Assembly: GCA_963716255.1 (NCBI GenBank)
Contig: OY970303.1
Coordinates: forward strand, 160,001 to 224,000
Direction of reading: 5' to 3'
From: an uncultured Gemmatimonadales bacterium
GTDB lineage: Bacteria > Gemmatimonadota > Gemmatimonadetes > Longimicrobiales > Longimicrobiaceae
DNA: 64,000 nucleotides
Below, piece after piece: positions 9,783 to 20,025 of this stretch (position 1 is the first letter of the stretch; each line of letters begins with the position of its first letter). The notes below the pieces were generated by a model. It searched no databases and was not told the origin of the DNA. It saw only the letters and a list, made by a program, of their open reading frames with translations. Made by a program: the position numbers and the translations under genes.

Positions 9783-10607
9783 GTGCCCTACCTTCCCCTT
9801 CGCCCCCTGGAGCCCGCGGCCGGGTCCGTGGAGCTGTACGACGCCTGGCTCGAGGAGCTGGGCGAAGCGCTGGAGCGCGGCGACGACCGGTGGGAGCTGT
9901 GCCGGCGCACGCTCACGGAGATCTTTCACCCACACCTCGTGGGCGCCGACCCGGCGAGCCTCCCCGTGGGCGCGCGCGCGGCGCTGGCGCAGATGGACGC
10001 GCGAAACGTCACGCTGGAGCCCGAATACTACGCCGAGTGCGACGACGCGCTCTTCCAGCCGCGCAAGCCGCTGATCTGGATGTGGCAGATGTTCGACCGC
10101 TCCCCGCTGGGCGGCAACGTCCACCTGGGGGTGCGCTTCCGCCGCCTGCTCGCGCCGCACATCTTCCGGCGGGTGGGGCGCAACTTCAAGGCCTTCCACT
10201 TCGTGGAGTTCTCCTTCGGGTACAACCTGGAGGTGGGCGACGACGTGGTGGTGCACCGCAACGTGCTGCTGGACGACCGCGGCGGGATCGTGCTGGGCGA
10301 CCGCGTGTCCATCTCGGACTACGCCAACATCTACTCGCACACGCACGACATCGTGGACCAGGCCAACGTGACCAACGCCGTCACCACCATCGGTGAGGGG
10401 GTGCGGATCACCTACCACGCCACGGTGCTGGCGGGGACCACGGTGGGGGAGAACGGGATGGTGGGGGCCATGGCGCTGGCGACCAAGGACGTGCGCCCCT
10501 ACCACGTCAACGTGGGCATCCCCGCCAAGTCGGTGCGGGTCAAGCCGAACGCGCCCCCCGAGGCGTACAAGACCACCCTCTGCGGCCCCGGCGCGGGAGA
10601 GGGGTGA
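9783..10607 (+). CDS. Hexapeptide-repeat (left-handed beta-helix) acyltransferase
   Basis: LEVGDDVVV, IVLGDRVSI, TIGEGVRI, VGENGMVGA, GIPAK. Confidence 0.85.
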   Translation: MPYLPLRPLEPAAGSVELYDAWLEELGEALERGDDRWELCRRTLTEIFHPHLVGADPASLPVGARAALAQMDARNVTLEPEYYAECDDALFQPRKPLIWMWQMFDRSPLGGNVHLGVRFRRLLAPHIFRRVGRNFKAFHFVEFSFGYNLEVGDDVVVHRNVLLDDRGGIVLGDRVSISDYANIYSHTHDIVDQANVTNAVTTIGEGVRITYHATVLAGTTVGENGMVGAMALATKDVRPYHVNVGIPAKSVRVKPNAPPEAYKTTLCGPGAGEG

Positions 10608-10609
10608 CG

Positions 10610-10647
10610 GCGGGGCCCGCGCGTGCGCGGGCCCCGCTCTTCTTTTT
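10610..10647 (+). terminator. Rho-independent terminator
   Basis: GCGGGGCCCGCGC/GCGCGGGCCCCGC stem followed by TCTTCTTTTT. Confidence 0.75.
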
Positions 10648-10679
10648 CACGGCAACGAGCTAACTGAAGGGATAGAAAG

Positions 10680-11846
10680 ATGGAGACCAGCGTGCTCGCC
10701 GGCGTCCCCGTGGAGGTGACCGACCCCGTCAACTCCCGGATCCTGGAGGTGTCCGAGGACCGGGTCCAGGGCTTCGTCGCGGAGCCCTTCGCGGAGATCG
10801 CCCGCCTGTCCGGCGTGGAGCTCGCCACGGTGCTGGAGCGGATCCGCGCCATGCTCGCCGCGGGGACCATCCGCCGCGTCCGCCAGACGCTGCTCGCCAC
10901 CAACCTGGCGCCCGGCGCGCTGGTGGCGTGGCAGGTGCCGCAGGAGCGGCTGGACGACGCCTTCACCTACATGTTCCGCGAGGACCCCTTCTCCGGGCAC
11001 GTGGTGATCCGCTCCACCGACGCGGAGACGCGCGGCAGCAAGTACCGCCTGTGGACCACCGTCAAGGTGCCGCAGGGCTTCTCGCTGGCGCGGCACTGCG
11101 AGGTGCTCGGGGCCAGGGTGGGGGCGGAATCGTTCAAGCTGCTCCCGGCGAAGGCGCTCTTCACGCTGGGCGTGGGGCACGTGCGCCGCCGCGGCATGGA
11201 GCCGGGGAGCCGCACCGACGCCCCCGGCGACGTGGTGGACACGCGCATCGTGGAGCTGGACGACCTCGAGTGGCAGGTGCTGGTGCCGCTGAAGCGCGAG
11301 TTCCGGGTGGAGGAGATCCACGAGAACCCCTGGGCGGCGCGGGCGGCGGAGGCCGGCGTGCCGCTGGACGAGTTCCTGCGCGTGGCGCGCTCCCTGAACG
11401 AGCGCGGCGTCATCGGCCGCTTCTCCACCTTCCTGGAGCACGTGAAGCCCTCCGCCACCGGGCACCGGGTGACGCGCTACAACGCGCTCTTCCACTGGCG
11501 CGTGCCGGCCGGGCGCGAGATGGAGGCGGGGATGGAGGTGGCGCGGCACCACGTGATGACGCACGCCTACTGGCGCGAGGGCGGGCCGGAGTTCGCCGGG
11601 GTCAACATCATGGGCGTGGCGCACGGCACCGAGAAGGAGATGGTGCTCGCCCACAAGGAGGCCATCGACCGGCACCTGGAAGAGGCGGGGATCCCGGTGG
11701 ACTACACCAACGTCTTCTGGGGCGGGCGCAGCGAGATCAAGCCGTCCGAGATCGCGCCCTCCGAATACCTGAAGTGGTGTGAGCGGGTGGAGGTGGACCC
11801 GGAGTCCATGCGGGTGCGTGCCGACGAGACGATCGCGAGTGCGTGA
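10680..11846 (+). CDS. Tandem Lrp/AsnC-like protein resembling fused siroheme decarboxylase (AhbA/B, NirDL-type)
   Basis: Two HTH+AsnC halves (PFAEIA...G-x-IRR; PWAARA...GVIGRF) with SGHVVIR and THAYWR motifs. Confidence 0.7.
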   Translation: METSVLAGVPVEVTDPVNSRILEVSEDRVQGFVAEPFAEIARLSGVELATVLERIRAMLAAGTIRRVRQTLLATNLAPGALVAWQVPQERLDDAFTYMFREDPFSGHVVIRSTDAETRGSKYRLWTTVKVPQGFSLARHCEVLGARVGAESFKLLPAKALFTLGVGHVRRRGMEPGSRTDAPGDVVDTRIVELDDLEWQVLVPLKREFRVEEIHENPWAARAAEAGVPLDEFLRVARSLNERGVIGRFSTFLEHVKPSATGHRVTRYNALFHWRVPAGREMEAGMEVARHHVMTHAYWREGGPEFAGVNIMGVAHGTEKEMVLAHKEAIDRHLEEAGIPVDYTNVFWGGRSEIKPSEIAPSEYLKWCERVEVDPESMRVRADETIASA

Positions 11847-11863
11847 ATTTTGACTGCGGGGCT

Positions 11864-11992
11864 GGGCGTGCCCCCGGCTGGCGCCGGGGTCGGGCTTCGG
11901 CTCCGTAACGCACGAAACAACCGTGCGTAACGGAGTCGAGCCCCGGCAAACTGCCGCCGGGTCTCGCCCCTTCGGGCCGTAATCCCTCACGC
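11864..11992 (+). repeat. Family A element, copy 3
   Basis: Consensus match 17 nt after the stop codon. Confidence 0.9.
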
Positions 11993-12107
11993 TGGGCTCG
12001 CGCTGACGTCCTCGGGGTCCCCGCCGTCGTATCTACGCCGCCTCCGGCGGCTTGCCGCGCCGGGCCTCGGGGTCCGGAGCTTCCCACACCCCTGCCTTCC
12101 CGCCGCC

Positions 12108-12860
12108 ATGCGCCGTGCTGCTCTCTCCCTGGTCCTGCTGCTGGGGTGCGCCGCCTGCGCTCCGGCTGCCGTCGCCCCCTCCGCGGCGCTGGACGCGCCG
12201 GAGCGCGTACTGGCGCGCGCCATCGAGCAGGCGGGGGGCGCGGCGGCGCTGGAGCGCGCCACCGCGCTGCTCTGGGAGGGCGACGCCACGGTGCACGCGG
12301 GCGGGCGCACGGTATCCATCACCGGGCGGTGGGCCGTACAGCCGCCCGACACCGCGGTGGTCTCCACCTGGGAGGCGAGCCGCGGGCCGGAAGCGGTGCG
12401 GCACCTGGTGGTAGCGCAGCCGCGCGGGTGGACGGTCCGGGGAAGCGCGTTCACGCCCATGCCCGCCCCCCTGCTCGCCAGCGAGCGCGAGGAATTCTAC
12501 CTGTACTCGGTGATGCGCCTGGTCCCGCTGCGCGATCCGGGTGTCACGCTCACCGCGGTCCCCGCCGACTCGCTGGGGCAGCGGGGGATCCGCGCGAGCC
12601 GCGCCGGACGGCCGGACGCCGAGCTGTTCGTGGACGGCGCCGGCCGGCTGGCGCACGTACGGATGGTGCTCCCCGACGGGGAAGCCGGCGCGCCCGTGCG
12701 GCAGGACGTGTGGCTGGAAGGCAGCATCGAGGCGGAGGGCGTGCGCTGGCCCCGCAGCATCCGCATCACGCAGGACGGCGCGCCCTTCTTCGACCTTGCG
12801 CTGCGCTCCCTGCGCGTGCAGCGGACCGTGAGCGACCCGCTGCTCGCCGGGCCGCGCTGA
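12108..12860 (+). CDS. Hypothetical lipoprotein
   Basis: Hydrophobic signal peptide with lipobox-like Cys; AI-x-x-AGG-x-x-AL N-terminal pattern. Confidence 0.7.
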   Translation: MRRAALSLVLLLGCAACAPAAVAPSAALDAPERVLARAIEQAGGAAALERATALLWEGDATVHAGGRTVSITGRWAVQPPDTAVVSTWEASRGPEAVRHLVVAQPRGWTVRGSAFTPMPAPLLASEREEFYLYSVMRLVPLRDPGVTLTAVPADSLGQRGIRASRAGRPDAELFVDGAGRLAHVRMVLPDGEAGAPVRQDVWLEGSIEAEGVRWPRSIRITQDGAPFFDLALRSLRVQRTVSDPLLAGPR

Positions 12861-12931
12861 CCGGACGCCGGGAAAGCGACCTGCGGACGCAAAGCGGGGC
12901 GGCACCCTCACCGGGCGCCGCCCCTTTCGTT

Positions 12932-13330
12932 CTACGTCCCCGGCCCGCTCCGCTCCCCCACCCCGGGCGGCCACCGGCCGGACGGGATGCGGCGCTCCGG
13001 CATCAGCCGGCTCGCGAGCAGCGGGCCGGCCACGTACGTCCAGCACGGCACGCCCTCCACGTCGACCTCCACCCGCTCGAACAGTCCCTCCGCCACGCCC
13101 TCGTACTCGTCCAGCCGGGTGAGCGCGTCCGCCGGGCAGCGCCACACCTCCCCTTCCACGGGCCCGCGGCCGTCCAGCACGAGCGCCGGGTAGCGGCCCA
13201 GGTCGTACAGCGTCCCCGCGACCGTGCCCGGGCCCACCCGCCGGCCATCGCGCAGCAGCCCCGCCGCGCCTCCGCCGCTGCGCAGCGTACCGTAGACGAA
13301 CAGGCGGACCGCGGGCGGGTCGCCCGTCAT
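12932..13330 (-). CDS. Gamma-glutamylcyclotransferase (AIG2-like)
   Basis: LFVYGTLR, YPALV, VEGEV, LDEYEG. Confidence 0.88.
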   Translation of the reverse strand: MTGDPPAVRLFVYGTLRSGGGAAGLLRDGRRVGPGTVAGTLYDLGRYPALVLDGRGPVEGEVWRCPADALTRLDEYEGVAEGLFERVEVDVEGVPCWTYVAGPLLASRLMPERRIPSGRWPPGVGERSGPGT

Positions 13331-13382
13331 CGCCGTGGTCCGTCCGCGACCGTGAGCGGTCGCCCTTCCGGGACCGGGCGCC

Positions 13383-15044
13383 TCAGCGGGAAGCCGGCCG
13401 GCGGAACTCGGCATCGGGGTTCCACGCCGGCAGCGTCGCCGCGTTCGCCAGCCACGTCCCGAAGTCCAGCACGATCTCGGAGAGCTGCACCGCGCCGGAC
13501 AGGTCCCAGTCGGGCCGGTACTCGTCGCCGGGCTGGTGGTAGCGGCGCGTGGTGTACTCCTCCTGCTGCTGCGCCCCCCACCCCGCCGGCCTCCCCACGA
13601 AGTCGTTTCCCGCCCCGATGGACACGGCCGGGATCCCCGCCTTGGCGAAGGAGAAATGGTCGGAGCGGTAGAAGCCGCCGCGCTCCGGGTGCTCGTCCGG
13701 CGAGATCTTCATCCCCGCGGAGCGGATGCGCGCGGCGAGCATGGGCCCCAGGGTGCTCTTGACGTCGCCCAGCACGCGCAGGTCGCTGGAGCGCCCGTTG
13801 AGGTTGCCGCCGTCCACGTTGAGGTTGGCGACGATGCTCGCGACGGGCACCGTGGGGTGCTGCGCGAAGAACTCGGAGCCCAGCAGCCCGGACTCCTCGG
13901 CGGTGACGAAGACGAACAGCTGGGAGCGCCTGGGCTTCTGCGGCGCGGCGGCGGCGACCCGCGCGACGGCCAGCATGTCGGCCACGCCGGAGGCGTTGTC
14001 CAGCGCGCCGTTGTAGATGGAGTCGCCGTTCGCCGCCGGGCCAATGCCCAGGTGGTCCCAGTGCGCGCTGAGGGCCACGTACTCGTCGCGGAGCCGCGGG
14101 TCGCTCCCGCGCACCACGCCCACCACGTTCTCGGACTTGAGGTTCTGCACGGCGCTGCGGAAGCCCACGTCCAGCGTGATGCCGGTGGGCACCGGGCGGA
14201 AGTCGCGCGAGGCGGCGCGCCTCACCAGGTCGTCCAGGCTCAGCCCCGCCTGGCCGAGGAGACCCTTCGCCGCGGTGTCGGTGATCCAGCCGCGGAACTG
14301 GAGCGGCGCGGGGAGCCCGGCGGCGCGCGGCACCATGCGCTGCTCCTTGGCCCACGAGCCCACCACCGTGGGCCAGCCGTAGCCGGCCTGCTCGGTGGTG
14401 TGGACGATGAGCATGCCGGCGGCGCCGCGGCGCTCGGCCTCCTCGAACTTGTAGGTCCAGCGGCCGTAGTAGGTCATCGCCCGGCCGCCGAACAGGTTGG
14501 GCTCGCCCGCGGGGGCGGGCGGGTCGTTGACCAGCACCATCAGGATCTTGCCCCTGAGGTCCACGCCCTTGAAGTCGTCCCAGCGAAACTCGGGGGCGGC
14601 GGCGCCGTAGCCCACGAACACCACCTCGGCGTTTGCCGCGGCGGCCGGCGATGCGGAGCCGGCCCACATCACCACGTCGTCCGGGTAGCGGAGCGCGCCG
14701 CTCGCCTTTCCGCCGGCGCTCACGCGGATGGTGGACGGGTCGGCGCCCACCACGTCGATGGGCACCTCCTGGAAGTAGCTGCCGCTCACGCCGGGCTCCA
14801 CGCCGGACGCGCGCAGCTGCGTGGCGATGTACTCCGCGGCGAGGCGGCCGCCGCGGGTGGCGGGGGCGCGGCCCTCCAGCAGGTCGGAGGAGAGGAAGCG
14901 GATGTGCGCGTCGATCTCCAGCGGCGTGATGCCGGTGCTGCTCGCGGCGGACGAGGCGGCGGCGCGCGGCGTGGCCTGCTGCGCGGCGAGCGGAGCCGCG
15001 CACAGCGCGAGGAGCCCGACGGAGCGGACGAGTGCTTGCTTCAT
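13383..15044 (-). CDS. Secreted M28 peptidase with PA domain
   Basis: Signal peptide; SAHWDHLG, NGALDNASG, TAEESGLLGS, RSDHFSF, YHQPGD. Confidence 0.92.
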   Translation of the reverse strand: MKQALVRSVGLLALCAAPLAAQQATPRAAASSAASSTGITPLEIDAHIRFLSSDLLEGRAPATRGGRLAAEYIATQLRASGVEPGVSGSYFQEVPIDVVGADPSTIRVSAGGKASGALRYPDDVVMWAGSASPAAAANAEVVFVGYGAAAPEFRWDDFKGVDLRGKILMVLVNDPPAPAGEPNLFGGRAMTYYGRWTYKFEEAERRGAAGMLIVHTTEQAGYGWPTVVGSWAKEQRMVPRAAGLPAPLQFRGWITDTAAKGLLGQAGLSLDDLVRRAASRDFRPVPTGITLDVGFRSAVQNLKSENVVGVVRGSDPRLRDEYVALSAHWDHLGIGPAANGDSIYNGALDNASGVADMLAVARVAAAAPQKPRRSQLFVFVTAEESGLLGSEFFAQHPTVPVASIVANLNVDGGNLNGRSSDLRVLGDVKSTLGPMLAARIRSAGMKISPDEHPERGGFYRSDHFSFAKAGIPAVSIGAGNDFVGRPAGWGAQQQEEYTTRRYHQPGDEYRPDWDLSGAVQLSEIVLDFGTWLANAATLPAWNPDAEFRRPASR

Positions 15045-15121
15045 GGCGTGGGTGTTCCGGCGTGGTGGGTGGGAACGAATGAGGAGCAAGCTAGGCTGCG
15101 GAAGCGCGCCGCGGAAGCACT

Positions 15122-16243
15122 CTATCTTTTCCACGAGAAGCGCGGCCGCACCCCCCACACCGCCATCGCCGTGAGGTACACCGGCTGGAGCACGAACCAG
15201 AACGGCAGGTACCGCAGCAGCTCCTTCCGCCCGAACCGCCGGCACGCGTGCCCATACAGCAGCACGTCCACCCCCAGCTTCCCCGCCACGGCAGCAGCCC
15301 ACGTCCCCGCCGTCATCCACCCCGCCGCCACCCACAGCAGCCCCAGCGGCAGGTGCAGGTTCGCGTTCAGCGACGCCGCCCCGTACAGCAGCACCCGCCA
15401 GTCCTGCCGGAACGAGCGCATCCCGCTGGACGCCCACCGCGCCCGCTGGTTGCGGAACGCCCGCAGCGTCGGCTCCGGAAAGGTGCTCGCCCGCGCCGCC
15501 GGATCGTCCGCGTAGGCGATGCGCCCCGCGGCAGGCGCGGCGCGCACCAGCTGGAGCATCAGCATGTTGTCGCCGGCGGGGAGGCGCAGCCCCGGCCCGT
15601 AGCCGCCCACCCGCTCGAACGCCTCGCGCCGGTACGCCAGGTTGTGCCCGGTCGCGCCCAGCGGAAAGCCCAGGTTCGCGCTCCCCGCCATGGCCGTGAC
15701 CAGCGTCAGGAACTCGAACGCCTGCACCCGCTCGAAGAGCGTGCTGTCCGGCCCCGCGTGCAGCTCCGAGTAGCCCAGCACCATCGCCACGTCCGGCGCG
15801 AAGGCCCGCGCCATCCCCTCCACCCAGGCGGGGCCCACCCGGCAGTCCGCGTCCGTGAGCAGCACCAGCTCGCCGCGGCCCGCCTCCACCCCCCGCTGGA
15901 GCGCCAGCTTCTTGGGCGCCACGCCGGGCGGGACGCGCTCCTGCCGCACCAGCCGGAAGCGCCCGGGGTGCGCCGCCGCCGCGTCCCGCACCAGCGCCAC
16001 CGTGCCGTCCGTCGAGCGGTCGTCCACCACCACCACCTCGAAGCTCCGGTACGTCTGCGCGGCCAGGTCGCCGAGGAGGCCGGGGAGGCGCGCCTCCTCG
16101 TTGCGCGCCGCCACCACCACCGTGACGAACGGATCGTGCGCAGGCGCGGCCCCGCGCCGGCCGCGCAGTGCCCAGGCGAAGGCGAGCGCGACCCCCGCGT
16201 ACACGGCCAGGTTGGCCCAGGTGAAGACGAGCAGCGAGAGCAA
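15122..16243 (-). CDS. GT2 family glycosyltransferase (start uncertain, TTG 16243)
   Basis: VVVAARNEE, VVDDRSTD, TDAD, NQRARW; terminal TM helices. Confidence 0.85.
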   Translation of the reverse strand: MLSLLVFTWANLAVYAGVALAFAWALRGRRGAAPAHDPFVTVVVAARNEEARLPGLLGDLAAQTYRSFEVVVVDDRSTDGTVALVRDAAAAHPGRFRLVRQERVPPGVAPKKLALQRGVEAGRGELVLLTDADCRVGPAWVEGMARAFAPDVAMVLGYSELHAGPDSTLFERVQAFEFLTLVTAMAGSANLGFPLGATGHNLAYRREAFERVGGYGPGLRLPAGDNMLMLQLVRAAPAAGRIAYADDPAARASTFPEPTLRAFRNQRARWASSGMRSFRQDWRVLLYGAASLNANLHLPLGLLWVAAGWMTAGTWAAAVAGKLGVDVLLYGHACRRFGRKELLRYLPFWFVLQPVYLTAMAVWGVRPRFSWKR

Positions 16244-16541
16244 GCGGAGCGCGGTGCGGGTGCGGCGTTCCGGCCGGAGAGGGCGCCTCCGGACGGCGGT
16301 CCGGTGGCGCCGGAAATGCAGCGCCGGAACTGACGTTCCGGGGCGTTGCGAGTCCCGTGCCCGCGGGGTGCACGAAATGGACGGAGGGCCGTGACATCTC
16401 CCCGGTGTGGTGCTACCTTTGCAGCGCACGCAAGGGCGCCTTGTCGCCGCCCCCCGGCAGCGGGGAACCGACACCGAAGCGCCACCCTCCCCCAGCGGGG
16501 ACATGGGCGACCCAACCCGAACGGACGAGCGGACGAACCAC

Positions 16542-17900
16542 ATGGCCGTCACCGAATATTTGAAGACCCATCGCGAGCGACACCTCGCCGAGCTCTTCGA
16601 CTGGCTTCGCATTCCGAGCATCAGCGCGAAGTCCGAGCACCGCGACGACACCCGGCGCGCCGCCGAGTGGCTGGTGGAGCGCATGCTGGAGGCCGGGCTG
16701 CAGACCGCCGAGGCGATCCCCACCGCGGGGCACCCCATCGTGATCGGCGAGTGGCGCGGCGCCCCCGAGGGCGCGCCCACGCTGCTGGTGTACGGCCACT
16801 ACGACGTGCAGCCCCCCGAGCCGCTGGACGAGTGGCTTTCCCCGCCCTTCCAGCCGGAGCTGCGCGACGGCAGGATCTTCGCGCGCGGGTCGGTGGACGA
16901 CAAGGGGCAGGTGTACCTTCACCTCAAGGCGGTGGAGGCCCACATCGCCACCAACGGCTCGCTCCCCGTGAACCTGGTGTTCGTGGTGGAGGGCGAGGAG
17001 GAAGTGGGCTCCCCCAACCTGGAGCTGTTCCTGGTGGAGAACCGCGAGCGCCTGCGCTGCGACTCGGTGATGATCTCCGACACCACCATGTTCGCCGAAG
17101 GGCTCCCCTCGGTGACGGTGGGGCTGCGCGGGCTGGCGTACATGGAGATCCACGTGCAGGGCCCCGCCACCGACCTGCACTCCGGCTCGTACGGCGGCGC
17201 GGTGGTGAACCCCGCCAACGCGCTGGCCAGGATCGTCGCGCGGCTGCACGACGAGCAGGGGCGCGTCACCGTGCCCGGCTTCTACGACGACGTGCGCGAC
17301 CTGGGCGAGGAGGAGCGCGCCGCCGGCCGGCAGCTCCCCTTCGACGAGGAGGAGCTCCGCGTCGAGGTGGGAGCCCCCGCGCTGGGCGGCGAGGCGGGGT
17401 GGACCGCGCTGGAGCGCAAGAGCGCCCGCCCCACCTGCGACGTCAACGGCCTCCTGTCCGGCTACACGGGCGAGGGAGCGAAGACGGTGCTCCCGGCGCG
17501 CGCCATGGCCAAGGTGTCCATGCGGCTGGTGCCCGACCAGGACTTCCACGACATCGAGGAGAAGTTCTCGCGCTACGTCAAGGAGATCGCCCCGCCGGGG
17601 GTGACGGTGAAGGTGGAGGCGCTGCACGGCGGAATGCCGTGGCGCGCCGATCCCAAGGAGCCCATCTTCCAGTCGGCCGCGCGCGCCCTCGAGCGCGCCT
17701 TCGGCCGGGCCCCCGTGTTCTCGCGCGAGGGCGGCTCCATCCCCATCGTGCAGGCCTTCCAGCAGACCTTCGGTGCGCCGGTCGTCCTCCTCGGCTTCGG
17801 GCTGCCGGGGGAGAACGCCCACGCCCCCAACGAGTGGATGTCCGAGGACAACTTCTACCGCGGTGCCGAAGCCATCGCGATCCTCTACGATGAGCTATAA
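16542..17900 (+). CDS. M20 dipeptidase
   Basis: YGHYDVQP, RGSVDDKG, EGEEEVGS, DLHSG, NAHAPNE. Confidence 0.92.
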   Translation: MAVTEYLKTHRERHLAELFDWLRIPSISAKSEHRDDTRRAAEWLVERMLEAGLQTAEAIPTAGHPIVIGEWRGAPEGAPTLLVYGHYDVQPPEPLDEWLSPPFQPELRDGRIFARGSVDDKGQVYLHLKAVEAHIATNGSLPVNLVFVVEGEEEVGSPNLELFLVENRERLRCDSVMISDTTMFAEGLPSVTVGLRGLAYMEIHVQGPATDLHSGSYGGAVVNPANALARIVARLHDEQGRVTVPGFYDDVRDLGEEERAAGRQLPFDEEELRVEVGAPALGGEAGWTALERKSARPTCDVNGLLSGYTGEGAKTVLPARAMAKVSMRLVPDQDFHDIEEKFSRYVKEIAPPGVTVKVEALHGGMPWRADPKEPIFQSAARALERAFGRAPVFSREGGSIPIVQAFQQTFGAPVVLLGFGLPGENAHAPNEWMSEDNFYRGAEAIAILYDEL

Positions 17901-19542
17901 CGAGCACGCCGTCCGCGAGCGCCCGGCACCCTACGTGGGCTCCCCCGAGCAGGAGGCGCGGACGTTCGTCGAGGAGCACACCGCCGTGCTCGCCCCGCTC
18001 CTGCGCGAGTCGCACGTGGCCTCTTGGAACGCGGCGGTGGGCGAGGGCGACGATTCCGAGGAGCGCTCCGCGCGCGCCCGGGCCGCCGTCAAGCACCTGT
18101 ACTCGGACCCGGAGCGGGCGGCGCTGGTGCGCGAATGGCTTGCCTCCGGCGCCGTCCGCGACCCGCTGCTGCGCCGCCAGCTGGTGCTGCTGGACCTGGA
18201 GTACACCGGGAGCCAGCTCCCCGAGGAGACCATCGAGGACCTGGTTCGCCGCAGCGCCTCGCTGGAGCAGACCTTCTACACCTTCCGCGCCTCGCTGGAC
18301 GGGGAGCGCGTGACCAACAACGTGCTGCTGGACGTGCTGCGCGACGAGCGCGACTCCGCCCGGCGGCGCGAGGCGTGGGAGGCAAGCAAGCAGGTGGGGC
18401 GCGAGGTGGCCGAGCCGCTGTGCGAGCTGGTCCGCCGCCGCAACGACGCCGCCCGCTCGCTGGGGTTCGACAACTACTACGTGATGGAGCTGGAGCTGCA
18501 GGAGCTGGACGAGGAGCGCCTCTTCCGCATCCTGGAGGACCTGCGCGAGGAGAGCGACCCCGCCTTCCGCCGGCTCCGCGACGAGATGGACGCTTCCCTC
18601 GCGGAGCGCTACGGCGTCGCGCCGGAGGAGCTGCGCCCCTGGCACTGGGGCGACTTCTTCGGGCAGGAGGTGCCTTCCGTCTCCACGGTGGACCTGGACG
18701 ACATGTTCGGCGGCGTGGACCTGGAGAAGACCGCGGCGGAGTTCTTCCACGGCATCGGCCTGCCGGTGGAGGACGTGCTGCAGCGCAGCGACCTGTACGA
18801 GCGGGAGGGCAAGGACCAGCACGCCTTCTGCATCGACGTGGACCGCGAGGGCGACGTGCGGACGCTGTGCAACCTGCGCCCCAACGAGAAATGGGCGTCC
18901 ACGCTCCTCCACGAGCTGGGGCACGCGGCGTACGACAAGTTTATCCCCCGCACCCTTCCCTTCCTGCTGCGCACCCCCGCCCACACGCTCTCCACCGAGT
19001 CCATCGCCATGTACATGGGGCGGCTCACGCGCAAGCCGGAGTGGCTGCGCGAGGTGGTGGGGGCGGAGCTGGGCGAGGGCGGCGCGGCGGAGATCCGGCG
19101 GCAGCTGCGCGCTGCGATGCTGGTGTCGGCGCGCTGGATCCTGGTGATGGTGCACTTCGAGCGCGAGCTGTACCGCGACCCGGACCGCGCCGACCTGAAC
19201 ACGCTCTGGTGGGACCTGGTGGAGCGGATCCAGTTCATCCGCCGCCCGGAGGGGCGCGACGAGCCGGACTGGGCGGCGAAGATCCACTTCTCCACCGCGC
19301 CGGTCTACTACCACAACTACCTGCTGGGCGAGCTGATGGCGTCGCAGCTCACCGCGTTCCTGGCGCGCGAGGTGCTGCATGGGCGCCGCGGGAGCATCCG
19401 CGGGGTGGAGGCGGTGGGCCGCTTCCTGCGCGAGCGGATCTTCGCTCCGGGGGCGTCGCTGGACTGGAACGAGCTCCTGGTGCAGGCCACCGGCGAGGGG
19501 CTGAACCCGCACTACTTCGTGGAGGAGTTCGTGTCGGCGTAG
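17890..19542 (+). CDS. M2/M3-type zinc oligopeptidase (peptidyl-dipeptidase-like)
   Basis: HELGH, LRPWHW, PVYYHNY; overlaps M20 stop. Confidence 0.88.
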   Translation: MSYNEHAVRERPAPYVGSPEQEARTFVEEHTAVLAPLLRESHVASWNAAVGEGDDSEERSARARAAVKHLYSDPERAALVREWLASGAVRDPLLRRQLVLLDLEYTGSQLPEETIEDLVRRSASLEQTFYTFRASLDGERVTNNVLLDVLRDERDSARRREAWEASKQVGREVAEPLCELVRRRNDAARSLGFDNYYVMELELQELDEERLFRILEDLREESDPAFRRLRDEMDASLAERYGVAPEELRPWHWGDFFGQEVPSVSTVDLDDMFGGVDLEKTAAEFFHGIGLPVEDVLQRSDLYEREGKDQHAFCIDVDREGDVRTLCNLRPNEKWASTLLHELGHAAYDKFIPRTLPFLLRTPAHTLSTESIAMYMGRLTRKPEWLREVVGAELGEGGAAEIRRQLRAAMLVSARWILVMVHFERELYRDPDRADLNTLWWDLVERIQFIRRPEGRDEPDWAAKIHFSTAPVYYHNYLLGELMASQLTAFLAREVLHGRRGSIRGVEAVGRFLRERIFAPGASLDWNELLVQATGEGLNPHYFVEEFVSA

Positions 19543-19559
19543 CCGGGTACGGCCGGTTC

Positions 19560-19689
19560 GGGCGTGCCCCCGGCTGGCGCCGGGGTCGGGCTTCGGCTCC
19601 GTAACGCACGAAACAACCGTGCGTAACGGAGTCGAGCCCCGACGATACTGCTGTCGGGTCTCGCCCCTTCGGGCCGAAATCCCTCACGC
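19560..19689 (+). repeat. Family A element, copy 4
   Basis: Consensus match 17 nt after the stop codon. Confidence 0.9.
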
Positions 19690-20025
19690 AGCTGCGTGAC
19701 AGAGCCGCCGGGGGCGGCTCGCTGCGCTGCAGCACATCGCCGCCTGCCGGGCAGCCCCGGCATGCGGACGCCTCGCCCGCGTTCCGTCTCCGTAATCCGC
19801 TCGCGCGCAACCGCTTCGGCAGGCCCTGTCTGGTTTCGCGCTCCGGGCGCTGAATCCTGCTCACCGGTCGCGCCGTAGTGGCCCCACCGGACGCACGGAG
19901 CGGTGTATCGCCCGCCGCGCGCCGGTACGCCCCGCACGGGGCTCCTCCCATTCGAGCTACCATCAGAACGGCTGCCGGCAGCAGGTGAAGGCCGCGGCTC
20001 GCCACTTCGACCCGAAGGTCACACG

